Source: Chloroflexota bacterium
GTDB taxonomy: Bacteria > Chloroflexota > Dehalococcoidia > UBA2979
Direction of reading: 5' to 3'
DNA: 32,443 nucleotides
Assembly (NCBI GenBank): GCA_027593235.1
Contig: JAQCIU010000034.1
Span: 1-32,443, forward strand
Below the pieces are notes generated by a model, which had not been told where the DNA came from, ran no database searches, and worked only from the letters and a program-made list of their open reading frames with translations. How positions within the stretch are numbered: the stretch's first letter is position 1; each line of letters starts with the position of its first letter. This document shows positions 17,414 through 25,976 of this stretch, piece by piece. The translations under genes were made by a program, and so were the position numbers.

Positions 17414-17719
17414 CTACGGGTTCCAGATCGGGGTGAAGCCGTCGGCGCCGGGGACGTTGCCGACCGCGGGGCCACCGTTCTCATTCAGCGCGTTGGCGTT
17501 CGCGTGCAGACCGGCCTTGTTCTTCCCGGGCAGGAACGATGTTTCGCCGCCGGGGAGGGTCAAGGTCTTGCCAGCGAGTCCTGGCGCATTCGCCGCACCC
17601 TGACCGACCACTGGGCAGAGGAATGCGCCCTCCCCGTTGTCCTGGTCCGCGGATGCGACCCCGGCCGCACTCAAGAAGAGCGCGGCCGCGATACCGGTTG
17701 CCGCCATCAGTCGTTTCAT
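17414..17719 (-). CDS. Small secreted hypothetical protein (101 aa)
   Basis: AAAGGAGG RBS; Sec signal peptide MKR...GVASA|DQ; G/N/P-rich mature part with one Cys; own terminator. Confidence 0.85.
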   Translation of the reverse strand: MKRLMAATGIAAALFLSAAGVASADQDNGEGAFLCPVVGQGAANAPGLAGKTLTLPGGETSFLPGKNKAGLHANANALNENGGPAVGNVPGADGFTPIWNP

Positions 17720-17943
17720 GTGTGTCCTCCTTTCAGGACGCCTGGAGACTGGGCGGCGGGCGTTGCCTAGCGGTGACCTTCATTGCGGAACGATGACGGA
17801 TCGTGCGGCCTCAGCGTGGAGGCAGGGAGCTGTGACGGAGGTGGAATGACGGAGGCGGGGAGCGGTGAGTGGTGACCGCTGGTCGCTCGCATTACCCCAA
17901 ATGGCGCTCCCGGTCGGGAGGTCGACGCGGTATAACTCGGCCC

Positions 17944-18999
17944 ATGCCCATCAACACCGTTCAGGACCTGCGCGCTCACCTCGCCGTTGCGATCGAAGTC
18001 GAACTGACCACGATCCCGCCGTATCTCTACGCGCTCTATTCGATCGAGGATCAGGGAGCCGAGGCGGCGATGCTGATCCGCAGCATCGTCGTGGAGGAGA
18101 TGCTGCACGTCAGCCTGGCGTCGAACCTGCTGGTCGCGGTCGGCGGGGAACCGACGTTCGGTCGTAGCTCGGCGGTGCCGCAGTATCCGTGCGATCTGCC
18201 GCATCACAAGCCGCGGCTGCCGATTCACCTGGCACCGTGTTCGCTGGAGCTGGTCCGCGACACGTTGATGGTGCTGGAGCGACCGGGCGAGGCAGGGGCA
18301 CCGCTGCAGGCGGATGAGTTCGAATCGCTAGGGCAGTTCTACTACGCGATGGAAGAGGCGATTGATCGCCTGGACGCGGGTGGGACGCTGTTCGCGAACC
18401 CGCAGCGCGATCGCCAGCTTGGCGATCCGGCGTTCTACGCACCGGTGGAGATGGACGCCGAGGACAGCGGCGGTTTGATGATGATCGACGACGCGGCATC
18501 GGCCGACGCGGCGATTGAGATCATCGTGCACCAGGGCGAGGGGCTGAGTGACGACCGCTGGGCGGACGAGAGCCACCAGGAACTGACGCACTACTACAAG
18601 CTGGAGCAGATCGCGCTCGGGACGAGCCCGGTCGGCGCCGTTCGGCCGGCGATGACGGACCCGAGCACGGCGCTGTATCCGGAAGCGGTGCGGCCGGTCT
18701 CCGATCTGTTCAACGCGTTGTACCGCTACACGATGCTGACGCTGGACGCGCTGTACCAACCGTCCGAGGACAAAGGCCCGCTGATCGATCGGCTGTACGG
18801 CCTGATGTCGGGGGCGCTGGCGCCGGTGGGGCGCTACCTGATGGAGTTGCCGCTGGGCGACGGGATGGTGGCTGGCCCGACCTTCGAGGTGTTCGAGTTC
18901 AGCGATGAGCCGCTGCGCGAGCTGCGGTCGATGGTGGCGGCGCTGTCCGAGGCGCATCCCTCGATCGCTTCGATTGCGGGGCTGTTCGCCGAGGGTTAG
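17944..18999 (+). CDS. Ferritin-like domain protein (VioB/StaD C-terminal-like family)
   Basis: AIEVELTTIPPYLYALYSI, EEMLH, IVHQGEG, HYYKL, AGPTF motifs. Confidence 0.9.
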   Translation: MPINTVQDLRAHLAVAIEVELTTIPPYLYALYSIEDQGAEAAMLIRSIVVEEMLHVSLASNLLVAVGGEPTFGRSSAVPQYPCDLPHHKPRLPIHLAPCSLELVRDTLMVLERPGEAGAPLQADEFESLGQFYYAMEEAIDRLDAGGTLFANPQRDRQLGDPAFYAPVEMDAEDSGGLMMIDDAASADAAIEIIVHQGEGLSDDRWADESHQELTHYYKLEQIALGTSPVGAVRPAMTDPSTALYPEAVRPVSDLFNALYRYTMLTLDALYQPSEDKGPLIDRLYGLMSGALAPVGRYLMELPLGDGMVAGPTFEVFEFSDEPLRELRSMVAALSEAHPSIASIAGLFAEG

Positions 19000-19067
19000 T
19001 CGGGCCTCGCGGGCGCGAGGCTTATCCTTCAGGTTCGGCCGTTTGCGCATCGAGCTGGTGGAACTCC

Positions 19068-19970
19068 ATGGATGGAACGCTCGCCTTTTCCGGCAACCTG
19101 CTGTCGCGGGTTGACCGTGAGCTAACCGACCCCGCCTGGCTCGCGGCACGGCGCGCCGATCCGCGCGGGCGATACCTGCTGTTGCGCGACCTTGAGGTGC
19201 CGGTGTCGTCCGAGGAGCAGCCGCGGCTCGCGTGGCTGGCGCCGGATCAGCTCCCGCCGTACGAGAGCTACGAGGGCGATCCGATCTTGCTCGGCCTCGA
19301 GGATGGCGTGCCGCACTTCTCCGTCGCGGTCGCCGCGAACGCGATCGCGGCGCCGGCCGACACGACCTACCTCGATGCGCGGACGCTGGCCTCGATGCTG
19401 CCGATCGCGGAGGCGGCGATCGTGGCGCAGGCGCGCTCGATGGCGGAGTGGCACGCGCGCAACGGGTTCTGCGCGAAGTGCGGTGGAGCGACGACCTCGG
19501 TGGAGGGTGGCGCCCGCCGGGCCTGTGGGAGCTGCGAGACGCGGCACTACCCGCGCGTCGATCCGTCGATCATCGTGCTGGTGGAACGTGAAGAACGCGC
19601 GCTGCTGGCGGGCCGCGTCGGCGGCCCGACCGGCCGCAAGTCGTGCGTCGCAGGCTTCGTCGAGCCAGGCGAGTCGATCGAGGAAGCGGTGGTACGCGAG
19701 GTCTTCGAGGAGACGGGCGTCCACGTTGGGGACGTGCAGTACTCGTACTCGCAGCCGTGGCCGTTCCCGGGGGTGCTGATGATCGGCTGCCGGGCGCGGG
19801 CGCGGACTTCGGAGATCCGCGTCGACGGCGTGGAGATCGGGCACGCGGATTGGTACACCCGCGGCCAGGTACGCGCGGCGTTGGCTGGCAGGTCCTCGGA
19901 GTTGGCAGTACCGCCACCGCTGGCGATCGCACACCACCTCCTCAAAGACTGGAGCGCCTTCGGCGCTTGA
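19068..19970 (+). CDS. nudC: NAD(H) pyrophosphatase
   Basis: Zn ribbon CAKC...CGSC, YPRVDP, Nudix box GFVEPGESIEEAVVREVFEETG, signature SQPWPFP. Confidence 0.95.
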   Translation: MDGTLAFSGNLLSRVDRELTDPAWLAARRADPRGRYLLLRDLEVPVSSEEQPRLAWLAPDQLPPYESYEGDPILLGLEDGVPHFSVAVAANAIAAPADTTYLDARTLASMLPIAEAAIVAQARSMAEWHARNGFCAKCGGATTSVEGGARRACGSCETRHYPRVDPSIIVLVEREERALLAGRVGGPTGRKSCVAGFVEPGESIEEAVVREVFEETGVHVGDVQYSYSQPWPFPGVLMIGCRARARTSEIRVDGVEIGHADWYTRGQVRAALAGRSSELAVPPPLAIAHHLLKDWSAFGA

Positions 19971-19989
19971 CGACGCTTCGCGCCCTCGG
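19953..19989 (+). repeat. Double-hairpin repeat variant overlapping the nudC 3' end
   Basis: AGCGCC-TTC-GGCGCT-TGACGA-CGC-TTC-GCG-CCCTCGG; the linker GCTTGACGAC is identical to the copy at 1180. Confidence 0.75.
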
Positions 19990-20081
19990 TCGCGCCGATG
20001 GTGGTGGGGTCGCGGCGCCTCTCCGGAGTGGGCGCGCGGGCAGCCCCCGGACGTGGCGGCCTACCTCGGAGCGAGGCCAGC

Positions 20082-20143
20082 AGGCCCGAAGGGTCGTTAA
20101 CCGCCGAAGGCGGCCCGAAGGGTCGTTGACCGCCGAAGGCGGC
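20082..20143 (-). repeat. Tandem pair (29-bp unit) of double-hairpin repeats starting at DinB stop codon
   Basis: GGCCCGAAGGGTCGTT(A/G)ACCGCCGAAGGC at 20083-20111 and 20112-20140. Confidence 0.88.
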
Positions 20144-20604
20144 TAGGCGAGGGGCCAGCGGGCGCTGGCTTCGTAGGAGTGAGCGATCTGGTGATGGATC
20201 CAGATCTGCGCGATCACCTCGGCGCGGGGCATGGAGTAGCCGCCGAGCGTGACCACCTCGGCCAGCTCGCCCTCGTCGCAAGTCTCGAGGAACGCGGCCG
20301 ACGCCTCGGCGCCCTCGAGGATCTTCTGCGTGACCTCGTCACGGCCGAGGCTGGCGTTGCTCTCGAGCGTCGTCGCGTTGCCCGCGGCAATCGCCTCGAC
20401 TCCGAGCTTGTTCAGCACGTCGCCGCCCAGCCGCCCGTAGAAGCCCTCGAGACCGCCGGCGGTCTGCCCGACGTGCCGGAACATCTCGATCGAGGTCCAC
20501 CCGTTGGAGAGCTGGTAGTCGAGGTCGCTCACGTTCTCCAACGCCGCGGCCGCGCGCCTGCCAGCGAAGCGGATGCCCTCGGCAAGCTCGGTCTTCTCGA
20601 TCAT
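20143..20604 (-). CDS. DinB/YfiT-like four-helix-bundle protein
   Basis: GWT-x-x-E-x-x-x-H and C-terminal HHQIAH putative His triad; GAGGAG RBS. Confidence 0.8.
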   Translation of the reverse strand: MIEKTELAEGIRFAGRRAAAALENVSDLDYQLSNGWTSIEMFRHVGQTAGGLEGFYGRLGGDVLNKLGVEAIAAGNATTLESNASLGRDEVTQKILEGAEASAAFLETCDEGELAEVVTLGGYSMPRAEVIAQIWIHHQIAHSYEASARWPLA

Positions 20605-20713
20605 TGGGTGGCTCCTCGTGGCTGTCGTGTGGTCCTCGGAACTGGCGGGTGGAGGGAGGGTAGTGGAACTCGCGCGGGTGGCGATGGAGTGGGCGAGGTG
20701 GGGGGTAGCGAGA

Positions 20714-22461
20714 CTAATAGACGCACGTCACCTCCCGAAAACTGTCGAACGTTCCTGGTTGCATCGTCTCGTGCTGCTGGAGGTAATAGGCCAATCGAGT
20801 TTCCAGGTCCTCGAGGTTCTCGCGAGATCGGAAAAAGCTATACGGATCATCGGATCCCAAGAGGACCGGGACTGCCAGTAGAACGAACCGGATGAGGGGT
20901 GCGAGTTGATCGACTGCGACGTTCCTATCGCGAGCAAGATCGTCCTTACAGAATCTGATTCGGTTCCCAAACTTCGCGTCGCCGCTTGCATGGATCGTCC
21001 TCAGGGCTCTCGCAACAAGAGCGATCAGTGCGTACTGGAATGCTCCGTATTGAAAGTAGCCATAAAGAAGAACGTCTGTGTCGGCTGGCTCTGGCTGACC
21101 GGCGCGGGCCTTGTAGTCATCTTTGACTGTCTGAATTGTCTCGCCTATACGGTAAATAAAGGAAAGATTACGAATGTCAGTCTGATTGTTGAAGAGCCTC
21201 GAGTATTTCTGGTCACTCTCGTAGAGATCACGCTTGCTTCTATGGGGAGTGTACGAATCGCCAAGAAAGGAAGAAATCCAGGGTGCGAGTTTGTCAAAGT
21301 GGATAGCTTCTGAGCTTCGCCTCGTCTGCCCGCGTCTTTTCTCGTATATCAATCCGAGTTCACGTTCGAAATCTTCTGTAATGCGACGCTGGACGCGATC
21401 GATAGAGCGAAGTTCCCATGCCTCGACTGTATTCTGTGTGTTGTTGAATCTGATGATCGAGGTAGTCAGTTCGTTGGTATCTGGCTTCACGACACGCAAT
21501 GGCAATTTCAGGTCTGAAAGCTCGGCAGGATCAATTCGCGCGAGACTACCGACAGTTTGCGCTCCGTTGATTATCGAAATGCCACGAACAGTCACAACTG
21601 AATCATCTACCGAGAAATCATGAGTGATAGCGGTAACGCCGTTGTTGAAAACCCAGAAATCAGTCGGATTATTGCGTGCTGTAATCTCGATCTGATTATT
21701 GATGTTATTTCGTGTGGAACGGATCCGAGATAATCACGTACATTCGATGAATATAATTGCGATCCAGAATCCCGAGCGAGTTTTGCGAGTTCTGACCCCA
21801 AGGCAGTCAACACGACGGCCGACCACTGGTCCCCGCTCACGATCTGGGGAGTGGTTTGGGACGAAATCGTTAGTTCGTCGTTGACGCGTATGCCCGAATC
21901 GTGCTGCTCTTGCAGCGAGACGATTGTGTGGACTCCGTACTCACTTGCGGCGACCTCGATGGCGTTCTCTGACCAGCGAGGGTGCTGCTCGAGGCGCGCC
22001 CGCAACGACGCCTCGAGCGTTGCGAGTTCCTCTCCAACATTGATCGATTCAGGCAGGTTGTGGACGTAGAGGAAATCGATGCGCTCGATCTCGCCTTCAT
22101 CCAATGCGTCTCGAAGTTCCTGAGCCGCCTTCCTGATGCGGTCCTCGGGGATCTCCGCAAGTTCACGATCTAGTAGCCATGCGCTCGCGGTGTTCAGGTC
22201 TGAGGCCTTATTGGCCGGCGCTGCTTGACCCTCCCAGTTGATCCGGAAGTAATCCTGCGCCACGACGCAGCGTTTCGCGCCACTGTCCAGATAGAAGAAG
22301 TCAACCTTTCGGTCGCCCCCATCATCGGTGACGTTGTCGCGCAGTAGGGTGTCATAGTCGTCGGAACCGAGTTCAAGCCCCATGGCATAGAGAACGAATG
22401 CCGTTCGACCGTAAGAATCCTGTAGTGCGGTGATTTCGGCCTTCAGCGCGTCAAGTGACAA
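20714..22461 (-). pseudogene. AIPR (abortive infection phage resistance) family protein, split by a 1-nt frameshift at ~21721
   Basis: TTG 22461 after GGAGG. N-part has GGDRKVD...VVAQ and ends NVRDYLGS; the adjacent frame continues RSTRNNINNQIEITARNNPTDFWVFNNGVT...SIINGAQT...NNTQN (AIPR motifs). Visibly lower GC than the flanks. Confidence 0.88.
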
Positions 22462-22592
22462 GGGGTACCTCCGAGAGCAGCCTAGCCTACGGCAGCCTGT
22501 CTCGCTGCCGATCGAACCTGCCGGAGTTCGCAAGTCTGGACTATCTTGCAGCCCACGTCCGCTATCATCCCCTCGCACCCGAGGAGGCAGGC

Positions 22593-23810
22593 GTGGCTGG
22601 GCGACTGAAGGACAAGTACGCGATTGTGGGGATTGGGCAGACGGAGTTCTCCAAGGACTCCGGGCGGACGACGCGCGCGCTGGGCGTCGAGGCGATCAAG
22701 ATGGCGATGGAGGATGCCGGGCTCGGGGCTGACGAGGTCGACGGGATGCTGTCGTACTCGGGGAACGACTCGACGGGGTCGCCGGCGATCGCGAGCGACC
22801 TGGGGTTGCGGCTCAACTTCTATATGGACTGCGACGGGGGCGGCTCCAGCACGGAGGCGTTGATCGGGCTCGCGATGGGCGCGATTGAGGTCGGGATGTG
22901 CAACACGGTGGCGATCTTCCGCGCGATGAACGGCTATACCGAGGCGCGCATCGGGGGGACGGGGCGGCAGACGCCGGTGTTCCGAGGCACGGCGCTGGAC
23001 CAGGCGATCTACGGGATGAACTCGGCGGGGCAGTCGTTCGCGCCGTCGTTCATGCGCCACATGTACGAGTACGGGACGACGAGCGAGCAGGTGGCCCACG
23101 TGAAGGTGGCGCACAGCAAGCACGCTTCGAACAACCCGAAGGCGTTTTACCCGAAGCGGGTGACGGTGGAGGACGTGGTCAATTCGCGCTGGATCACGAA
23201 GCCGCTGCACCTGCTGGACTGCTGCGTCGAGACGGACAACGGCAGCGCCATCATCGTCACGAGCATCGAGCGGGCGCGCGATCTGAAGCAGACGCCGGCG
23301 GTCATCATGGGCGTGGCCGGGCGCACGAGTAAGCCGCAGGTCGGCTACCACTGGACGCGCGGGCCGATCTCGAGGGTGGCCGGCCACTACGCCGGGCCGA
23401 TCGTGTTCGGGCAGGCGGGGATCACGCCGGCGGACGTGGACGTGACCGGTTCGTACGACGCCTTCACCTTCACGACGATGCTGCAGCTCGAGGCCTACGG
23501 CTTCTGCGAGGAGGGCGCGGGCGGCGACTACGTGTCGAGCGGGATTATCGAGCTGGGCGGCGCGCGGCCGAACAATACGAGCGGTGGGCACCTCTGCGAG
23601 GGCTATACGCACGGCATCGCGCTGGTGGCGGAGAACGTGCGGCAGCTCCGAGGCCAGGCCGACGATTACTGCCCCGACTGGGCGAACGGCGTGCACACCT
23701 ACGACTACAGCGATGGCGGCTGCCGCCAGGTCAAGGATGTCGAGATCACGATGAACCTGGGCTGGGCGAGTCCGCCAACCGGGTCCTCGCTGATTATGCG
23801 GCGCGGGTAG
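22593..23810 (+). CDS. Thiolase-fold SCP-x/Ltp2-like protein (probable acyl-CoA aldolase or non-canonical thiolase)
   Basis: AIVGIGQT, LDCCVETD, YDAFT, NTSGGHLCEGYTHG, EnVRQLRG; GAGGAGG before GTG 22593; followed by DUF35 gene. Confidence 0.9.
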   Translation: MAGRLKDKYAIVGIGQTEFSKDSGRTTRALGVEAIKMAMEDAGLGADEVDGMLSYSGNDSTGSPAIASDLGLRLNFYMDCDGGGSSTEALIGLAMGAIEVGMCNTVAIFRAMNGYTEARIGGTGRQTPVFRGTALDQAIYGMNSAGQSFAPSFMRHMYEYGTTSEQVAHVKVAHSKHASNNPKAFYPKRVTVEDVVNSRWITKPLHLLDCCVETDNGSAIIVTSIERARDLKQTPAVIMGVAGRTSKPQVGYHWTRGPISRVAGHYAGPIVFGQAGITPADVDVTGSYDAFTFTTMLQLEAYGFCEEGAGGDYVSSGIIELGGARPNNTSGGHLCEGYTHGIALVAENVRQLRGQADDYCPDWANGVHTYDYSDGGCRQVKDVEITMNLGWASPPTGSSLIMRRG

Positions 23811-23822
23811 GAGGGCGAATCG

Positions 23823-24350
23823 ATGACTATCCAAGATCAGACGGCGCAGTACCTCGGAATTGACGTGAATATTGCCTCGAACGATGGGGCGCACCGGGAG
23901 TTCCTGGAGGCGGCCGGGCAGGGGCGGCTGGCGCTGCAGCAGTGCAGCGACTGCGCGAAGCTGCGCTACCCGGTGATGACAGCGTGCCCGTTCTGCACGT
24001 CGCTGAAGGCGACGTGGGCGACCGTGTCAGGCCTCGGGACGATCTACTCGTACGAGTACGTGATGCACCCGATCCACCCGGCGTACCGCGCGCGCGCTCC
24101 GTACCCGGTGGTCCTCGTGGAGCTGGACGAGCAACGCGAGTTCCCGACGGCGGACGACGCCCTGCGCCTGATCTCGAGCCTCGTGGACGCCGAGGGCAAC
24201 CCGGCGGCCGAGGCGGACGTGGCGATCGGCGCGCGCGTGGAGGTGGAGTTCGCAGACCTCGGCGACGGCCTGGCGCTGCCGCGGTTCCGGTTGGCCTCGG
24301 AGCAGCCGGCCGCCTCGGAGCTGTGGCGGTACGGGGACGTGCGGGCGTAG
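23823..24350 (+). CDS. DUF35 family Zn-ribbon/OB-fold protein
   Basis: CSDC...CPFC zinc ribbon, GTIYSY, PYPVVLVELDE, IGARVEVEF. Confidence 0.92.
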   Translation: MTIQDQTAQYLGIDVNIASNDGAHREFLEAAGQGRLALQQCSDCAKLRYPVMTACPFCTSLKATWATVSGLGTIYSYEYVMHPIHPAYRARAPYPVVLVELDEQREFPTADDALRLISSLVDAEGNPAAEADVAIGARVEVEFADLGDGLALPRFRLASEQPAASELWRYGDVRA

Positions 24351-24375
24351 TCAACACCGACGAGCGGTGTGATGC

Positions 24376-24411
24376 CCTCGATCAGAACGGTCGCCCGAGA
24401 GGGCGGCCGTT
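24376..24411. terminator. Hairpin between convergent DUF35 and SDR genes; near-identical to 25289-25325
   Basis: CCTCGATCAGAACGGTCGCCC-GAGA-GGGCGGCCGTT. Confidence 0.72.
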
Positions 24412-24426
24412 GTGCGTCTGTGCGTC

Positions 24427-25167
24427 CTACGCCGTCATCCCGCCATCGACGATGAACTCGGAGCCGGTGCTGTAGGAGCTGTCGTCGGAGGCGAGGTAAA
24501 GCGCGAGCTTGGCGACTTCGTCGGCGGCGGCGAAGCGGCCGAGGGGGACGCGGTTGATGTAGGTGTCGGTGTTGCCGGAGTCGATGCCGGGGAGCTGCTG
24601 GAGCATCGCGGTGTCGATCAGGCCGGGGTGGATCGAGTTGACGCGGACGTTGTGTGGGGCGAGTTCGCGCGCGGCGCTCTTGGTCATGCCGCGGACGGCC
24701 CACTTGCTGGCTCCGTAGGCGATCGAGCCGGCTGTGCCTCGGAGACCGGCGATCGAGGAGATGTTGACGATCGAGCCGCCACCGCGCTCAATCATCGCCG
24801 GCGCGACGTCGCGCATGCCGAGGAACACGCCGATCTGGTTGACCTCGATCACGCGGCGGTAGTCATCGAGCGACCCACCGAGCAGGTGCGTCTGCATCCA
24901 GATACCAGCGTTGTTCACGAGCACGTCGATGCCGCCATACTGCTCGACGGCCTGTTTCACGACGGCGGCCCAGTCGGCCTCGCTGGTGACGTCATGGTGG
25001 ATGTAGGTGCCGCCGACGGCGGCGGCGGTCTGCTGGCCGTCGTCGTCGAGGATGTCCGTGACGACGATGTTCGCGCCTTCGGCGGCGAAGAGCCGTGCTT
25101 CGGCGGCGCCCTGTCCGCGCGCGCCACCGGTGATCAGCGCGGTATTGCCCTCGAGCCTGCCTGCCAT
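24427..25167 (-). CDS. Classical SDR (3-alpha,20-beta-hydroxysteroid dehydrogenase-like)
   Basis: TGGARGQG, NNAG, NISS, YGASK catalytic motif, VNSIHPG, VDGG; GAGGAG RBS. Confidence 0.95.
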   Translation of the reverse strand: MAGRLEGNTALITGGARGQGAAEARLFAAEGANIVVTDILDDDGQQTAAAVGGTYIHHDVTSEADWAAVVKQAVEQYGGIDVLVNNAGIWMQTHLLGGSLDDYRRVIEVNQIGVFLGMRDVAPAMIERGGGSIVNISSIAGLRGTAGSIAYGASKWAVRGMTKSAARELAPHNVRVNSIHPGLIDTAMLQQLPGIDSGNTDTYINRVPLGRFAAADEVAKLALYLASDDSSYSTGSEFIVDGGMTA

Positions 25168-25288
25168 GACGTGTCTCCTCGGTGCTGCGCGGTCGCCTCT
25201 GTGTGTGGGGGCACAGCGTAGGGGAGCGGGCGCGGGGCGTGGGCCGTGCGGCTCGGGCGAACGGGTTCGCCTCGGAGCTTCGTGCGGG

Positions 25289-25325
25289 CCTCGATCAGAA
25301 CGGCCGCCCCGAGAGGGCGGCCGTT
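25289..25325. terminator. Hairpin downstream of the 39-aa ORF
   Basis: CCTCGATCAGAACGGCCGCCC-CGAGA-GGGCGGCCGTT, 23 nt past the TAG on the - strand. Confidence 0.72.
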
Positions 25326-25348
25326 TCGTGTCCGTGCCGGTTGGGCGG

Positions 25349-25468
25349 CTATTCGGCCTTCGCGAGGCATCCCTCGCCGGGGACGTAGGCGTATCCCTCG
25401 GGGCATGACGTGTCGCCCATCAGGGCCATCAGTTGTCGCCGCTGCGCGGTCGGTCGTTCGTATTTCAT
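25349..25468 (-). CDS. 39-aa peptide MKYERPTAQRRQLMALMGDTSCPEGYAYVPGEGCLAKAE; RiPP-precursor-like
   Basis: Manually translated; GAAGGAG RBS (25477-25483) 8 nt before ATG; TG-A-TAGTGT extended -10 at 25516-25524; terminator hairpin downstream; below the ORF-track length cutoff. Confidence 0.72.
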   Translation of the reverse strand: MKYERPTAQRRQLMALMGDTSCPEGYAYVPGEGCLAKAE

Positions 25469-25564
25469 CGGGAGTGCTCCTTCGGCTGAAGGCGTCCTTG
25501 CCTGTGGTTTCCCGAACACTATCACGATGCTGATCGGCGCTTCACCGGCCAGGCCGCTCAGTGT

Positions 25565-25852
25565 TTAGGCGGCGGTGGACCAGCGTTTCAGGCCGGGGAG
25601 GATCTGGCGGAGCATCGCCTGCGCCTCGGGGAGTGGGGTGCCCATGGCGTCGGACATGCCCTTCGCGGAGATGTCGACCATCTGGTCCATGGTTACGTCG
25701 CTGGTGAAGGCGCCGTCGACGTAGCAGTAAGAGCAGTACTCGGCGGACTTTGCGCCGTTGGCTTCGGTGCCGAAGCTGTCAGGTTCGGCGAGCGGCATGC
25801 TGCACGACTGGCAGAACGGGCCGGCGGGTGGGCCGGACATCGGCTGGATCAT
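25565..25852 (-). CDS. Zinc-ribbon domain protein (Zn_ribbon_2-like)
   Basis: FCQSCSMP...GTEANG...YCSYCY.DG.F...LKRW; GAGGAGG RBS before ATG 25852. Confidence 0.9.
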   Translation of the reverse strand: MIQPMSGPPAGPFCQSCSMPLAEPDSFGTEANGAKSAEYCSYCYVDGAFTSDVTMDQMVDISAKGMSDAMGTPLPEAQAMLRQILPGLKRWSTAA

Positions 25853-25976
25853 CGGAGCCTCCTCGGGTGCTGGTTTGGTTGGGGCGACGATGCGCCCTCG
25901 ATGCTCGCGCGTGCAGGTGCGGGGGTCGTCGCGCGGCGGGCCGATGGTCACTCGGCCCTATCGCGATCTCCTGCGA

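Noticed and set aside
20082-20143. 29-bp tandem palindromic repeat as a mini CRISPR array
   Set aside because: Only two units, directly adjacent with no spacers; belongs to the dispersed hairpin family; no cas genes.
25355-25405. ATCCCTCG repeats as a structured ncRNA or tRNA fragment
   Set aside because: Better explained as the PEG/GEG codons of the 39-aa ORF; no cloverleaf or T-loop consensus.
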